This document shows, piece after piece, positions 8,928 through 20,439 of a stretch of 64,000 bases of DNA. Within the stretch, counting starts at the first letter, position 1, and each line of letters starts with the position of its first letter. The DNA comes from Vicinamibacteria bacterium (GTDB taxonomy: Bacteria; Acidobacteriota; Vicinamibacteria; Fen-336). Location: positions 1,208-65,207 of the forward strand of contig JBGPYB010000003.1 of NCBI GenBank assembly GCA_041493035.1. Reading direction: 5' to 3'. A model generated the notes under the pieces. That model did no database searches. It saw nothing but the letters and a program-made list of their open reading frames with translations, and had not been told where the DNA came from. A program made the translations under genes and the position numbers.

Positions 8928-9980
8928 CTACCTACGCCCCCCCGAGCCGACCGTCGGCGCCAGGGGAATCGTGCGACCGAGGACGGGGGCAATGACCCTC
9001 AACTCTCCCATCAGGGACTCGAACTGATGCGGATAGAGGCTCTGGGCACCGTCGGAGAGTGCCTTCTCAGGGTTGTCATGGACCTCGATGAGCAGCCCGT
9101 CGGCTCCGGCAGCGATCGCCGCGCGGGCCATCGGCGTCACCTTGTCGCGCCGCCCCGTGCCGTGGCTCGGATCCACGATGATCGGCAGGTGGCTGAGCTT
9201 CTTCACGACGGGAATCGCCGAGATGTCCAGGGTGTTTCGTGTGGCGTTCTCGAAGGTCCGGATCCCTCGTTCGCAGAGAACTACCTGGCTGTTGCCTCCC
9301 GCCAGGATGTACTCGGCCGAGAGGAGCCACTCTTCGATGGTGGCCGAGAGGCCTCGCTTCAGAAGCACCGGCCGTCGCACTCGGCCCAGCTCCTTCAGGA
9401 GGTCGAAGTTCTGCATGTTGCGCGCACCCACCTGAAGGCAGTCCACGTAGCTGAGCATCATTTCGAGGGTCCGAACGTCCATGATCTCGCTGACCACGGC
9501 CAGGCCGGAAGCGTTGGCCTCGTCGCGCATCCAACGGAGCCCCTCCTCACCGTGCCCCTGGAAGGAATAGGGTGACGTCCGCGGCTTGAAGGCGCCTCCG
9601 CGGAGGACGCGCGCCCCGGCCGCGCGGACGGAGCGGGCCACGGTCCCGAGCTGTTCGCGGCTTTCCACGGAGCACGGCCCCGCCATGACGATCACCTCGG
9701 CCCCGCCCACCGGAACCCCGGCGATGTCGACGACGGTATCCTCTGCTTTGAACGTGCGGCCCACGAGCTTGTACGGCTCGGATATTTTCACCACCTCGCG
9801 GACACCGGGAATCAACTCTAGAACCCCGGGATCCACGACCTGACGCGGAACGCCCACGGCCCCAAGAACCGTGTGGCTCACCCCGGTGGAGCGGTGGACG
9901 TCATATCCGACCCCCACCAGGGTTTCGATCACCTTCTGGACCTGTTCCTCGGTGGCTGTGTGCTCCATCACGATGACCAT
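8928..9980 (-). CDS. aroF: 3-deoxy-7-phosphoheptulonate (DAHP) synthase, type I-beta with N-terminal regulatory domain
   Basis: KDO8P/DAHPS-like core (GPCSVES...LLKRG...IVDPSHG) preceded by a ~70-aa ferredoxin/ACT-like N-domain, as in Thermotoga-type DAHPS. Confidence 0.88.
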   Translation of the reverse strand: MVIVMEHTATEEQVQKVIETLVGVGYDVHRSTGVSHTVLGAVGVPRQVVDPGVLELIPGVREVVKISEPYKLVGRTFKAEDTVVDIAGVPVGGAEVIVMAGPCSVESREQLGTVARSVRAAGARVLRGGAFKPRTSPYSFQGHGEEGLRWMRDEANASGLAVVSEIMDVRTLEMMLSYVDCLQVGARNMQNFDLLKELGRVRRPVLLKRGLSATIEEWLLSAEYILAGGNSQVVLCERGIRTFENATRNTLDISAIPVVKKLSHLPIIVDPSHGTGRRDKVTPMARAAIAAGADGLLIEVHDNPEKALSDGAQSLYPHQFESLMGELRVIAPVLGRTIPLAPTVGSGGRR

Positions 9981-9982
9981 GG

Positions 9983-10300
9983 CTACCCCTGCTCCTTGTT
10001 CTCAGAACCCTCTTCATCTGCCGCGAGGCGCTCCAGCCGCCGGCTCTCGTCGATGACGCGCTCGAAGACCCGCCTGACGGCCAGAGAGTCGAGAGGCCCC
10101 GGGTTCTCGCGCATGACGCGCTCCAGGATGGTCTGCTCCCGTTCCGGCGAGTAGACGGGCAGGCCAAGGAGCCGCTTCACTCGCCCGATCTCGACGGCAC
10201 ACGCCGATCGGCTGTTGAGCAGGCGCATGAGCTGGTTGTCGATGGCATCGATGCGCCGGCGCCACTCGTCGATCTCCTTCAGAGCGCGCTCTTCAGCCAT
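9983..10300 (-). CDS. chorismate mutase (AroQ class)
   Basis: [56 protein letters not shown] is a typical AroQ helix pattern. 105 aa. Confidence 0.8.
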   Translation of the reverse strand: MAEERALKEIDEWRRRIDAIDNQLMRLLNSRSACAVEIGRVKRLLGLPVYSPEREQTILERVMRENPGPLDSLAVRRVFERVIDESRRLERLAADEEGSENKEQG

Positions 10301-11055
10301 CGGACCTGCCCTCCCACGTCGCCGTCCGGGTGCTCTTCGATGAAGCGCACGAGGGCGCTCCCCACCACGACTCCGTCGGCCACGGCCGCCGCGGCCGCCA
10401 CTTGCTCCGGTGTCGAGATGCCGAAACCGACTGCCACGGGAATGTCGGCCATCGCCTTCAGGCGACCGATCAGCGGGCCGGCGTCGGCCGAAAGACGCCC
10501 CTGCTCACCCGTCACACCGGTGCGACTCACGGCGTAGACGAATCCCCGGGACGCGGCGGCGACGCGGCGCAGCCGTTCGTCGGGGCTCGTCGGCGCGGCG
10601 AGGAATACCGTGTCGAGATCAGCGGCGCGTGCGGTGGATAGCCATCCGCCCGCCTCTTCGGGCGGCAGATCCGTGATCAGTATCCCGTCGGCTCCAGCGT
10701 CACGGGCCTCGCGGGCGACCCTCTCGAGACCGTAGCGAAACAATGGATTCATGTAGCTGAAGAGAAGGAGCGGGACCTGGCTCCGGCGCCGGATCCGCCG
10801 CACCAGCTCCAGCACTCCGCCGAGGCTTGTCCTCGACCGTAGCGCTCGTTCGCTGGCACGCTGAATCACGGGCCCGTCGGCCAGCGGGTCGGAGAACGGC
10901 ACGCCCAGTTCGAGGACATCGACACCCGCGTGGTCCAACTCGACGGCGATCTCCTCCGTTCGGTCGAGGCTCGGGTCTCCCGCCGTCACGAAGCCGACGA
11001 AGGCCTTCTGGCGCTTCTGCCGCAGGGCGAGAAATCGGTCCGAGATCCGCGTCAT
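10279..11055 (-). CDS. trpA: tryptophan synthase alpha chain
   Basis: [13 protein letters not shown]...[26 protein letters not shown] overlap with the trpB stop. Confidence 0.9.
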   Translation of the reverse strand: MTRISDRFLALRQKRQKAFVGFVTAGDPSLDRTEEIAVELDHAGVDVLELGVPFSDPLADGPVIQRASERALRSRTSLGGVLELVRRIRRRSQVPLLLFSYMNPLFRYGLERVAREARDAGADGILITDLPPEEAGGWLSTARAADLDTVFLAAPTSPDERLRRVAAASRGFVYAVSRTGVTGEQGRLSADAGPLIGRLKAMADIPVAVGFGISTPEQVAAAAAVADGVVVGSALVRFIEEHPDGDVGGQVRWLKSAL

Positions 11056-12233
11056 CCCAAGATCCCGAGGTCCTTGTCGCCACGCCCGCTGAGGTTCAGG
11101 AGGATCCGCTTGCCGCGGAGGGCGGCAGCCTCTCGCAGCACCCACGCCACCGCATGGGCCGATTCCAGCGCCGGAATGATCCCTTCCGTCTCCGCGAGCA
11201 GATGGAAGGCTGCCAGCGCGTCCTCGTCTCCGACGGAGGCGTACTGCACGCGCTTCTGGTCGTGGAGCCAGGCGTGCTCCGGACCCACCGCGGGATAGTC
11301 AAGGCCCGCGGAGACGGAATGGGTCGGCAGCACGTTCCCCGCTTCGTCTTGGAGCAAGTAGGTCTTCGTACCGTGGAGGATGCCGATCCGGTTGTCATCT
11401 CCCTCGTCCCGGCCCGTCAGGAAGCGCGCCGCATGGTCCCCGGGCCTCGCGGAGCGCCCTCCCGCCTCGACACCGACCATTGCGACGGGGTCTTCCAGGA
11501 ACGCGTGGAAAAGGCCGATGGAATTGGAGCCGCCGCCGACGCAGGCCACGAGGAGATCCGGGAGGGCCCCTGTGGCCCCGAGAAACTGGCGTCGCGCTTC
11601 AATACCGATGGTGGCCTGGAAATCGCGAACCATCATCGGATACGGGTGCGCGCCGAGCGCCGATCCCAGAAGGTAGTGGGTCGTCCGCACGTTCGTGACC
11701 CAGTCGCGCATCGCTTCGTTGATGGCGTCCTTGAGGGTCCGTGCCCCCGAAAGAACGCCGCGCACTTCTGCGCCCAGGAGGCGCATGCGGCGCACGTTGG
11801 GCTCCTGGCGGGCCATGTCCTCGGTCCCCATGTAAACCACGCATTCGAGACCCATGAGGGCGCAGACGGTAGCGCTCGCCACGCCGTGCTGGCCGGCACC
11901 CGTCTCGGCCACGACCCGGCGTTTCCCCATTCTCTTGACGAGCAGGGCCTGACCCAGGGCGTTGTTGATCTTGTGCGCGCCCGTGTGGCAGAGGTCCTCG
12001 CGCTTCAGATGCACCTGGCAACCGGCCCTCTCCGAGAGCCGGGCGGCATACGTGAGAGGCGTCGGTCGTCCGACGTAGTCGCGAAGAAGCGTCCGAAGCT
12101 CTTGCTGAAATGAGGGATCCTGACGGGCGACGCCGTAGGCCTCCTCCAGCTCGCGGAGGGGCTCCATGAGGGTCTCGGGGACGTAGCGTCCCCCGTAGGG
12201 ACCGAAGTGCCCGGCCGCGTCCGGCAGTGTCAC
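11052..12233 (-). CDS. trpB: tryptophan synthase beta chain
   Basis: [13 protein letters not shown]...[16 protein letters not shown]...[11 protein letters not shown]-dependent TrpB signature. Confidence 0.95.
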   Translation of the reverse strand: MTLPDAAGHFGPYGGRYVPETLMEPLRELEEAYGVARQDPSFQQELRTLLRDYVGRPTPLTYAARLSERAGCQVHLKREDLCHTGAHKINNALGQALLVKRMGKRRVVAETGAGQHGVASATVCALMGLECVVYMGTEDMARQEPNVRRMRLLGAEVRGVLSGARTLKDAINEAMRDWVTNVRTTHYLLGSALGAHPYPMMVRDFQATIGIEARRQFLGATGALPDLLVACVGGGSNSIGLFHAFLEDPVAMVGVEAGGRSARPGDHAARFLTGRDEGDDNRIGILHGTKTYLLQDEAGNVLPTHSVSAGLDYPAVGPEHAWLHDQKRVQYASVGDEDALAAFHLLAETEGIIPALESAHAVAWVLREAAALRGKRILLNLSGRGDKDLGILG

Positions 12234-12865
12234 GACGCTCGCCTCGCGGCTTCGATGAACGCTCTCACTCGGCCTTCATCCTTTCGCCCCGGGGCCGACT
12301 CGACGCCGCTCGAAACGTCCACACCGTCGGGGCGCACCGCGCGAACCGCCGCCGCAACATTCTCCGGATCGAGACCGCCCGCGAGCACCAGGAAGGAGAC
12401 CCGCTTCCGCACCTCTTGGACCAGGCGCCAGTCGAACGTGCGGCCGGTCCCACCAGTCGATCCATCCGACCGCGTGTCGAGAAGGATGCCCGCGACCCGC
12501 CCTTCGTAACGCAGGGCGTCGGCGGCGACAAAATCCGGCCCCACTCCTACGGCCTTCCAGCAGCGGCGCGGAAGGTTGACCAACGACTCCGGGGCTTCCG
12601 TGCCATAAAGCTGGAGGATGTCCAGCTCCGCTTCGTCGGCAATCTGAGACAGCTCTTCCGGCCGGGGATCCACAAAGACACCGACCCGCACGATGGAGGC
12701 AGGGAGTCCCGCCGCAATGATGCGGGCCTTCTTCGGATCGATCGCTCGGGGGCTCCTGTTCCAGAACACGAAGCCCACGGCGTCGGCTCCCGCCTCAGCG
12801 GCCGCCAACGCGTCGCTCGAACGAGTGATCCCGCAGATCTTCACGAAGAGCCTGCTACGCGACAT
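12230..12865 (-). CDS. trpF: phosphoribosylanthranilate isomerase
   Basis: [34 protein letters not shown]. The conserved start is chosen within the longer track ORF. Confidence 0.85.
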   Translation of the reverse strand: MSRSRLFVKICGITRSSDALAAAEAGADAVGFVFWNRSPRAIDPKKARIIAAGLPASIVRVGVFVDPRPEELSQIADEAELDILQLYGTEAPESLVNLPRRCWKAVGVGPDFVAADALRYEGRVAGILLDTRSDGSTGGTGRTFDWRLVQEVRKRVSFLVLAGGLDPENVAAAVRAVRPDGVDVSSGVESAPGRKDEGRVRAFIEAARRAS

Positions 12866-13679
12866 CGGGGCCTGTGTCGTCGGGGGCTGCGGCGCTGATG
12901 AGGCGCTCGAGAGCCGCGCCGGGGTCGGTGGCCAGCATGAGGTGCTCGCCCACGAGGACAGCGGCGAAGCCGGCGTTCCGAAGGCGCCGGACATCGGCGC
13001 CGCTGGTGATGCCGCTTTCGGCCACCGCAACGACGTCGTCGGGAATCGAGTCGGCCAGGCGGTAGGACACGTCGAGGGACACCTGCAAGGTTCTCAGGTC
13101 CCGGTTGTTCACACCCACGAGACGTGCTCCCGCCCCGAGAGCGCGAGACAGTTCCTCTTCGTCGTGGACCTCCACGAGTGCGTCAAGGCTGGTCTCCACC
13201 GCAGCGGCGAGCAGCGTCTTCAACTCGGCATCGGAGAGAGCGGCTACGATGAGGAGGATGGCGTCGGCCCCCGCGATCCACGACTCCCAGATCTGATAAG
13301 GGTCGATGATGAAGTCCTTCCGGAGCGACGGGAGGAGCGTCGCCGACCGCGCCTGCTGGAGATCGTCGAGGTTTCCCCCGAAGTACTCCTCCTCGGTCAG
13401 GATCGACAGGGCCGCGCCCCCGCCGATCTCGTAGGCTTGCGCCACCAGTACGGGATGGAGGTCCGAGCGGATGGGGCCTCGCGACGGCGAGCGCCGCTTG
13501 AACTCGGCGATGACGTTGACGCGGTCGGGCCGCGCGATGGCGGTGGCGAAATTCCTCCGGCCACCAGGCGTCGGCGAGTTCGAGAGGATGCGGTCGAGGG
13601 GAAGCTCTTTGCGGCGTTCGTGAACCCGCGCCCGAGTGCGCGCGACGATCTCTCCCAGGATGCTGACGGACCCGCTCAT
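12855..13679 (-). CDS. trpC: indole-3-glycerol phosphate synthase
   Basis: ILGEIVARTRARV...NVIAEFKRRSPS...LLIVAAL...VGVNNRDL. Confidence 0.9.
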   Translation of the reverse strand: MSGSVSILGEIVARTRARVHERRKELPLDRILSNSPTPGGRRNFATAIARPDRVNVIAEFKRRSPSRGPIRSDLHPVLVAQAYEIGGGAALSILTEEEYFGGNLDDLQQARSATLLPSLRKDFIIDPYQIWESWIAGADAILLIVAALSDAELKTLLAAAVETSLDALVEVHDEEELSRALGAGARLVGVNNRDLRTLQVSLDVSYRLADSIPDDVVAVAESGITSGADVRRLRNAGFAAVLVGEHLMLATDPGAALERLISAAAPDDTGPDVA

Positions 13680-14674
13680 GTCTGACTCACCTCAATAACG
13701 CGGCTAAGAAGACGGGCGGCCCGGCCATCGTCGATGGCTTCGGCCGACTCCCGCGCTCCCTCCCGCAAACCCGATGCACGTCCCGCCACGACCAAGGCCG
13801 CGGCGGCGTTGAGCACAACCACGTCTCGACAGGGCCCGCCCGTGCCCCCGAGGACCTCTCGAGCCATCGCGGCGCTCTGGGCAACCGTCGCGCAACGTAG
13901 AGCCTCGATGTTCGCCAGCGGAAGCCCTGCGTCTTCGGGAGACATCGTGAAGAGGCGGATCTCCCCGTTCTCGAAGGCCGCAACCGAAGTCGGCCCCGCG
14001 ATGGAGACTTCATCCAGCCCTGACCCGTGCACGACCCACGCCCTCCGCGTGCCGAGACGACCGAGGCAGGCCGCCACGAAACGAAGCAACTCGGATCGTG
14101 GAACCCCCACCACCTGCGCCTCGGGGTGCGCGGGGTTGGTGAGAGGTCCCAGGAGGTTAAAGGCGCTGCGAGCGCCCAGTTCCTTCCGGGGAAGGGCGGC
14201 ATGTCGCGTCGACGCGTGGAAGGCTGGGGCGAAGAGAAACGCCCATCCGACTTCATCGAAGGAGCGCTGCGTCGTGGCGACGGAGGTATCGATGCGCGCG
14301 CCCAGGGCCTCGAGCACGTCCGCGCTGCCGCACCCACCCGACGACGACCGGTTGCCATGCTTGGCCACCGGGACGCCGCACGCAGCCACGACCAGGGATG
14401 CCACCGTCGATATGTTGAACGTGCCGGCGCCGTCGCCGCCCGTGCCGCAGGTGTCGATCGCTCCCGGCGCCGCGAGGGATACCGCCCGGGCCCGCATCGT
14501 CCGAGCGAAACCGACGATTTCGTCCTCGGTCTCGCCACGCGCGGCGAGGGCCGCGAGGAGCCCGCCGATCTGCGCCGGCGTCGCCTGACCGTCCATGAGA
14601 GTCGACATGGCCCGGCCCGCATCGCTCTCGGTGAGCCGTTCCCCCTTCATCACCTTTGCGAGGGCGTCCTTCAT
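13676..14674 (-). CDS. trpD: anthranilate phosphoribosyltransferase
   Basis: [40 protein letters not shown]. Confidence 0.9.
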   Translation of the reverse strand: MKDALAKVMKGERLTESDAGRAMSTLMDGQATPAQIGGLLAALAARGETEDEIVGFARTMRARAVSLAAPGAIDTCGTGGDGAGTFNISTVASLVVAACGVPVAKHGNRSSSGGCGSADVLEALGARIDTSVATTQRSFDEVGWAFLFAPAFHASTRHAALPRKELGARSAFNLLGPLTNPAHPEAQVVGVPRSELLRFVAACLGRLGTRRAWVVHGSGLDEVSIAGPTSVAAFENGEIRLFTMSPEDAGLPLANIEALRCATVAQSAAMAREVLGGTGGPCRDVVVLNAAAALVVAGRASGLREGARESAEAIDDGRAARLLSRVIEVSQT

Positions 14675-15237
14675 CGTCGGTCCAGGAAGTTGCGGAGCAG
14701 ATCTTTCCCGGTGGAGGTCAAGATGCTCTCGGGGTGGAACTGGACGCCTTCCAAGGGGTGGCTGCGATGTCGCAGGCCCATGACAATCCCGTCGTCGGTC
14801 CAGGCCGAGACCTCGAGACAGTCGGGGACCGATTCCTTCGCGACGATCAAGGAGTGATACCGCGTGGCCGTGAACGGGTCCGGCAAGCCGGCGAAGACGG
14901 TGCGACCGTCGTGACGCACCTCGGAACTCTTCCCGTGCATGAGCTTTGGGGCCCGCACGACGCGCCCGCCGAAGGCCTGACCGAGGGCTTGATGACCGAG
15001 GCAGACGCCCAGGAGCGGCACGCGACCCGCCGCGCGGCGGACCAGCTCGAGCGTAATCCCCGATTGGTCCGGGGTGCCCGGCCCGGGCGAAATGACGATC
15101 CGGTCGGGGCGCGTCGCCATCGCCTCATCGACGCTCATCTCGTCGTTCCGAATCACTCGCATCTCCGCTCCCAGCTCACCGAGATACTGGTAGAGGTTGT
15201 ATGTGAAGGAGTCGTAGTTGTCGACGAGGAGGATCAC
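14671..15237 (-). CDS. trpG: anthranilate synthase component II (glutamine amidotransferase)
   Basis: [15 protein letters not shown]...GVCLGHQ...FHPES, class I GATase triad. Confidence 0.9.
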   Translation of the reverse strand: MILLVDNYDSFTYNLYQYLGELGAEMRVIRNDEMSVDEAMATRPDRIVISPGPGTPDQSGITLELVRRAAGRVPLLGVCLGHQALGQAFGGRVVRAPKLMHGKSSEVRHDGRTVFAGLPDPFTATRYHSLIVAKESVPDCLEVSAWTDDGIVMGLRHRSHPLEGVQFHPESILTSTGKDLLRNFLDRR

Positions 15238-16700
15238 GCGAGCCTCTGGGCGAGGCCCAAGGCCTCGATCATCGCGCCCGCTTTCGCCTCGGTCTCACGA
15301 GTCTCCGCCGCGGGATCCGAATCGGCCACGATGCCGGCGCCCGCTTGCAGAGTCGCGCGGCCCTGACCCAGCAAGAGGGTTCGGATGGCGATGCAGAAAT
15401 CGACGTTGCCGCGGAGGTCCAGGTATCCGAGTGCCCCGCCATAGAGGCCGCGCCGGGCCGGCTCCAGCTCGTCGATGATCTCCATGGCGCGGATCTTCGG
15501 GGCTCCCGAGAGCGTCCCGGCCGGGAAGGTGGCGGCCACGGCGTCGAGCGCGTCCTTGCCGGGGGCCAGCTCCCCGAGGACCGAGCTCACCAGATGGAGA
15601 ACGTGGCTGTATTTCTCCACCTTCATGAACTCCGGCACGGTGATGCTGCCGAAGCGGCAGACGCGGCCCAGGTCGTTCCGGCCCAAGTCGACGAGCATCA
15701 GATGCTCGGCTCTCTCCTTGTCGTCGGCCAACAGCTCCCGAGAGAGACGTTCGTCCTCTTCCTCGCTGCGCCCGCGCGGACGCGTTCCCGCGATGGGACG
15801 CACCTCGGCCCGACCTCCCTCGACGCGGACCAGCATCTCGGGGGATGCGCCGGCCACGGCCGATTCACCGTCCTTGAGGAAGTACATGTAGGGCGACGGG
15901 TTCACCATCCGGAGCGCACGGTAGACGGTGAACGGGGGAAGCGGGCAGGGAAGGGAGTGCTGCCGCGAGAGCACCACCTGGAAGATGTCGCCGGCGGCGA
16001 TGAACTCCTTCGCCTTGAGGACGGCCTCCTGATACCACGCACCGTCGCCCAAGCCGCCGTCCTCGGCCATCGCTGCCGGGGCTACCGCTCCCAAACGAGA
16101 TGCAGACGGCGGGGCCGGTTTCCGAAGGTCGTCTTCGAGCGCGTCGAGAGTCGCCTGGGCAGCGTCGAAGGAAGCTCGACTCCCTGGCTCGGCATCGGCG
16201 ATCAGGACGATTCGCTGAAGGACGTGATCGAAGGCCACCAGGGAGCGATAGAAGGAGAACGAGGCCAGGAGCCCGTCCCCCACGGGATGACGATCCGGGA
16301 TCCGCTCGAAGAGGCGCACCGCGTCGTAGGTGAGGTAGCCCACGGCGCCGCCCGTGAACCGCGGGAGGCCGGGGACCTCGGCCGCCGATGCCCCGAGGCG
16401 TCCTCGGAGCACGGGCAGGAGGCCTTCCTCCCGCACGCGGCTTCCTCGCTCGTCGCGTTCGATGACCTTTCCGTTCCGCACTTCGACGGTCGCTTCGGGA
16501 CCGCGGCCCAGGAAGGAGTAACGCGCGATCCGCTCGCCGCCGATGATGCTCTCCAGCAAGAAGGCGCGATCCGACCGCCCCTCGATCGCCAGGAACGCCG
16601 ACACAGGAGTCAGCAGATCTCCCGGAATCTCACGGTAGACCGGGACGAGGCCGCCTCCTGCCGAGAGTCGATCGTAGTGCTCGAAAGAGAGGGATTTCAC
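15234..16700 (-). CDS. trpE: anthranilate synthase component I
   Basis: Chorismate-binding enzyme core [16 protein letters not shown]...[15 protein letters not shown]...GGALGY. 488 aa. Confidence 0.9.
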   Translation of the reverse strand: MKSLSFEHYDRLSAGGGLVPVYREIPGDLLTPVSAFLAIEGRSDRAFLLESIIGGERIARYSFLGRGPEATVEVRNGKVIERDERGSRVREEGLLPVLRGRLGASAAEVPGLPRFTGGAVGYLTYDAVRLFERIPDRHPVGDGLLASFSFYRSLVAFDHVLQRIVLIADAEPGSRASFDAAQATLDALEDDLRKPAPPSASRLGAVAPAAMAEDGGLGDGAWYQEAVLKAKEFIAAGDIFQVVLSRQHSLPCPLPPFTVYRALRMVNPSPYMYFLKDGESAVAGASPEMLVRVEGGRAEVRPIAGTRPRGRSEEEDERLSRELLADDKERAEHLMLVDLGRNDLGRVCRFGSITVPEFMKVEKYSHVLHLVSSVLGELAPGKDALDAVAATFPAGTLSGAPKIRAMEIIDELEPARRGLYGGALGYLDLRGNVDFCIAIRTLLLGQGRATLQAGAGIVADSDPAAETRETEAKAGAMIEALGLAQRLA

Positions 16701-17341
16701 CTTTCGGTTCTCCGCCGCCGGAGCACGTCGAGAGCGCGTTCCATGGGGACGCCACGTTGCGCCAGGCCGACGAGAAGGTGGAAGAGGAGGTCCGCGGTCT
16801 CCTCGGCCAGTCGTTCGTCGGTCTCGCCCTTGGCCGCGAGAATGACCTCCGTGGACTCCTCACCGATCTTCTTGAGCGTGTGATCGAGCCCTTTGGCGAA
16901 CAGACGGGCGGTGTAGGAGCCTTCGCCACCAGTGCGCCCGCGCTCGGCAATCACTCGGCCGACCTCGGCGAGGATTCCGGCGGCCGTGGTCGTCCCATCG
17001 CCGAAGCAGGTGCGGGTCCCCGTGTGACAAATGGGACCGTCGGGTTCGACGGTCATCAGGACCGTGTCGCGGTCGCAGTCGGCATGCATCGCGTGGACGT
17101 ACAGACGATTCCCCGAGGTTTCTCCCTTCTGCCAGAGAGCGCCACGGCTGCGGCTCCAGAAGTGAGCCAGCCTCGTCTCCGCCGTCCGCTCGAGAGCCTC
17201 GGCGGTGGCGTAGGCGACCATCAGGACGTCCCCGCTCACGCGGTCCTGGGCAACGACGGGGAGGAGTCCCCTCTCGTCAAACTTGAGACCAACGGGGACC
17301 GTCAGCGCCGGCGCGCCGTCAGACAAGGCGCACCTCCACAC
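16697..17341 (-). CDS. hisIE: bifunctional phosphoribosyl-AMP cyclohydrolase / phosphoribosyl-ATP pyrophosphatase
   Basis: HisI part: [20 protein letters not shown]...DCDRDTVL. HisE part: [27 protein letters not shown]...[11 protein letters not shown]. Confidence 0.85.
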   Translation of the reverse strand: MWRCALSDGAPALTVPVGLKFDERGLLPVVAQDRVSGDVLMVAYATAEALERTAETRLAHFWSRSRGALWQKGETSGNRLYVHAMHADCDRDTVLMTVEPDGPICHTGTRTCFGDGTTTAAGILAEVGRVIAERGRTGGEGSYTARLFAKGLDHTLKKIGEESTEVILAAKGETDERLAEETADLLFHLLVGLAQRGVPMERALDVLRRRRTER

Positions 17342-18080
17342 CCGCCTCGTGGAGGCGGGCCTTCGCCTCGGGAATCCGGATCTCGCCGAAGTGGAAGAGC
17401 GACGCGGCCAGAGCGGCGCTCGCGGCTCCTTTGGTGAGGACCTCGGCCATGTGATCGATGCTTCCGCACCCCCCGGAGGCCACGACCGGCACCGACACGG
17501 CGTCAGTCACCGCGCGCGTCAGCGCCACGTCGAAGCCGTCCTTGGTGCCGTCGCGGTCCATGCTGGTGAGAAGGATTTCTCCCGCCCCGCGTTCGGCCCC
17601 TTCCCGCGCCCAAACCACGGCGTCCCTCCCAGTAGCGGTCCGCCCACCATGGACGAAGACCTCCCAGCTCTCGGGCTCCGCGCGTCGGGCGTCGATGGCG
17701 AGAACCACGGCCTGGGCACCGAAGCGCCTCGCGAGGCGATCCAGAAGAGACGGGTCGGCCACGGCAGCGGTATTGACGGCGACTTTGTCGGCGCCGGCGC
17801 GCAGCAGCGCGTCGGCATCTTCGACGGAGCGCACACCACCGCCCACGGTGAACGGCAGGAAGACCGCGTCCGCTACGCGCCTCACCATGTCGAGGACGAT
17901 GGGGCGTGCGTCGGACGAGGCCGTGATGTCGAGGAAGACCAGCTCGTCGGCCCCCTCGGCGTCGTAGCGCACCGCGCACTCCACGGGATCCCCGGCGTCG
18001 CGTAGGGAGACGAACTTCACGCCCTTGACCACGCGACCGCGGTCCACGTCGAGACACGGAATGAGACGCTTGGCCAGCAT
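17319..18080 (-). CDS. hisF: imidazole glycerol phosphate synthase cyclase subunit
   Basis: [23 protein letters not shown]...GGGVRS...SGGCGS. Confidence 0.95.
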   Translation of the reverse strand: MLAKRLIPCLDVDRGRVVKGVKFVSLRDAGDPVECAVRYDAEGADELVFLDITASSDARPIVLDMVRRVADAVFLPFTVGGGVRSVEDADALLRAGADKVAVNTAAVADPSLLDRLARRFGAQAVVLAIDARRAEPESWEVFVHGGRTATGRDAVVWAREGAERGAGEILLTSMDRDGTKDGFDVALTRAVTDAVSVPVVASGGCGSIDHMAEVLTKGAASAALAASLFHFGEIRIPEAKARLHEAGVEVRLV

Positions 18081-18454
18081 CAGTGCTTCTTCGCCCTGGA
18101 GAACGTGTGGTTGGCGTGCTCGCGCACGTCCTCGTCAGCGTGACTCAAGAGGGCCTTTCGCATGTCCTGGGGAAGCTTGCGGTTCGTGGCGAGGCTCACC
18201 AGGATCTCCCGTCGCGTCTCCCGGCCGAGGTCACGCAGGACATCCTCGGGCGTGTTGGGGTGGGAGGCGAGCCACGCCAGGAGCGCGGCCGCGTCCTTTG
18301 GCATTCCGGCGTCGCGGATCCCGGCCACGGTTTCACGAATGTCCTTCTCGGCAAGGACGTCATCGTAGACAACCGTTGCGGCGCCCCCCGGTTTCTCGAG
18401 GGCGCGCCGCACGGCCTGGCGGTCCACGCCCTTACCGATCCGCAGCATCGTCAC
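18080..18454 (-). CDS. hypothetical 124-aa soluble protein inserted between hisA and hisF
   Basis: Fills the only large gap (~350 nt) in an otherwise overlap-coupled operon. GTG start overlaps the hisA 3' end by 23 nt. Stop shares 1 nt with the hisF ATG (TGATG). No recognisable domain. Confidence 0.4.
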   Translation of the reverse strand: MTMLRIGKGVDRQAVRRALEKPGGAATVVYDDVLAEKDIRETVAGIRDAGMPKDAAALLAWLASHPNTPEDVLRDLGRETRREILVSLATNRKLPQDMRKALLSHADEDVREHANHTFSRAKKH

Positions 18455-19181
18455 CGTGCGTGCCTCCGAGTGCGGCCTGGGCTTCAGCCATCGTAAACCG
18501 CTCTTCGTAGAGAGCCTTCCCCACGATCACCTCGTCGACTCCGAGAGGGGCCAGGTCCCGGAGCCGGACCAGGTCCTCACGCGTCGAGACGCCGCCCCCG
18601 GCGGTGATGCGAAGGCCGCACGAGCGGGCGAGCTGCTCGATCGCCTCGATGTTCGGGCCGACCAGCGTTCCGTCGCGCACCACGTCGGTGTACTGGATGC
18701 GCGGGACGCCCCAGGACTTCACCCGCTCGGCGAGATCGAGGGCGCCCATGGTCGTGATCTCGCGCCAGCCGGCCACGGCCACCATGCCGTTCTTCGCATC
18801 GAGAGCGACAGCCACGGCTTCGGGCCAGAGTCGCACGGCCTGCTGTACGACACCGGGGTCCGCCACGGCGGCAGTCCCGAAGATCACGCGGTTGGCGCCT
18901 CGGTCGCGGTACCGCATGGCGTTCTCCAGAATCCGCAGGCCGCCGCCCACCTCCACGGGGATCTTCACGGCGTCGATGACGGCTGCCACCGCGTCGAACT
19001 GCGGGTTCGCCGAGATGGCCGCGTCCAGGTCCACGACATGGAGGCGGCGCGCGCCCGCCGCCTCCCAACGTCGTCCGGCCTCGGCTGGATCGCTGCCGTA
19101 GACGGTCTCGTTCTCCAGTTGCCCCTGGCGCAGGCGCACGACGCGGCCGCCGCGGAGGTCGATGGCCGGGACGACGATCAT
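18432..19181 (-). CDS. hisA: ProFAR isomerase
   Basis: MIVVPAIDLRGGRVVRL...VVDLD...GGGLR. Confidence 0.9.
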   Translation of the reverse strand: MIVVPAIDLRGGRVVRLRQGQLENETVYGSDPAEAGRRWEAAGARRLHVVDLDAAISANPQFDAVAAVIDAVKIPVEVGGGLRILENAMRYRDRGANRVIFGTAAVADPGVVQQAVRLWPEAVAVALDAKNGMVAVAGWREITTMGALDLAERVKSWGVPRIQYTDVVRDGTLVGPNIEAIEQLARSCGLRITAGGGVSTREDLVRLRDLAPLGVDEVIVGKALYEERFTMAEAQAALGGTHGDDAADR

Positions 19182-19842
19182 GGCTGGACTTCCGCGGCCG
19201 GTGCGGCCTCGCGCCGCGCTCCTTTGGAGAGAGGATCGGAGGCGACGCTCGCCACCCAGTTCGCGATCATCCGGAGGCCCACGTGCTGGCTCTTCTCCGG
19301 ATGGAACTGGACTCCCAGAATGTTTGCAGCTCCGACGACGGCGGGAAGGTCGCGGCCATAGTCCGTGGAGGCGATCGTGACGTCCGCGGGAGCGTCGCAG
19401 TAGTAGGAATGGACGAAGTACACATGAGCCCCGTCCTCGACCCCATCGAGAAGCGGGTGAGAGCGATCGCGGCGTAGACGGTTCCAGCCCATGTGGGGTA
19501 CCGGCAGCGTTCCCGGGATGCGACGCACTCGGCCGGGGAGAAGGCCGAGGCCCTCGTGATCGCCGTGCTCTTCGCTCCCCTCGAACAGAAGCTGCATGCC
19601 GATGCAGATTCCGAGGAGAGGCTTGCCGGTGGACGCCGCCTCCCGGAGCACGGGCACGAGGCCGCGGCTCCGGACCTCCTCCATCGTCGCGCCGAAGGCT
19701 CCGTCGCCGGGGAGGACGAGAGCGTTGGCGGCCCTGAGGGCCGCGGGGTCGCCGGTGAGAACGGTCTCGACTCCGGCGTAGCGGAAGCCCTTCGTGAGGC
19801 TGCCGAGGTTGCCGAGACCGTAGTCGACGATGGCGATCACAG
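19178..19842 (-). CDS. hisH: imidazole glycerol phosphate synthase glutamine amidotransferase subunit
   Basis: VIAIVDYGLGNLGSL...GICIGMQLL...VQFHPEKS. GTG start overlaps the hisB stop. The track ORF 19178..20485 is over-extended. Confidence 0.88.
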
Positions 19843-20439
19843 GCTCCCCTTCGTGCTTGGAACGTCCTTCACACGCGGATCCCTGGCGACGGCCATCGAA
19901 AGGGCGCGGGCGCTGGACTTGAACAGGGTCTCGGCGATGTGGTGGGCGTTTCGGCCGCGCACGAGATCGATGTGGATGTTGAGACGGCCGTGATCCGCGA
20001 GGGCCCAGAAGAAGTCCTCGAACAGCTCCGTCGGCATCGTCCCGACCTGTCGCGCCTTGAAGGGGACGTCGTAGTGGAGATAGGGACGCCCCGAGAGATC
20101 GATCACGCACCGGGACAGGGCCTCGTCGAGAGGGACGTATGCGTGTCCGAAGCGAACGATGCCCTTCTTGTCGCCGAGGGCCTTCAGCAAGGCCTGGCCG
20201 AAGACGATTCCCACGTCCTCCACGCTGTGGTGGGCGTCCACGTGGAGGTCGCCCTTGCACCGGAGATCCAGGTCGAAGCGCGCGTGGGTCGCGAGCGCCG
20301 TGAGCATGTGGTCGAAGAAGCCGATCCCCGTCTGGATCTTTGAGCGCCCTTCGCCGTCCAGGTCGAGGGAAAGGTGAATCTCCGTCTCGCGGGTCTTGCG
20401 ATCGATCGAAGCGTTGCGGCGCACCGGCGTCTGCCTCAC
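19837..20439 (-). CDS. hisB: imidazoleglycerol-phosphate dehydratase
   Basis: SIDRKTRETEIHLSLDLDG...GIGFFDHMLTALATHARFDL...HH. Probable GTG start overlaps the hisC stop (GTGA). Confidence 0.85.
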   Translation of the reverse strand: MRQTPVRRNASIDRKTRETEIHLSLDLDGEGRSKIQTGIGFFDHMLTALATHARFDLDLRCKGDLHVDAHHSVEDVGIVFGQALLKALGDKKGIVRFGHAYVPLDEALSRCVIDLSGRPYLHYDVPFKARQVGTMPTELFEDFFWALADHGRLNIHIDLVRGRNAHHIAETLFKSSARALSMAVARDPRVKDVPSTKGSL

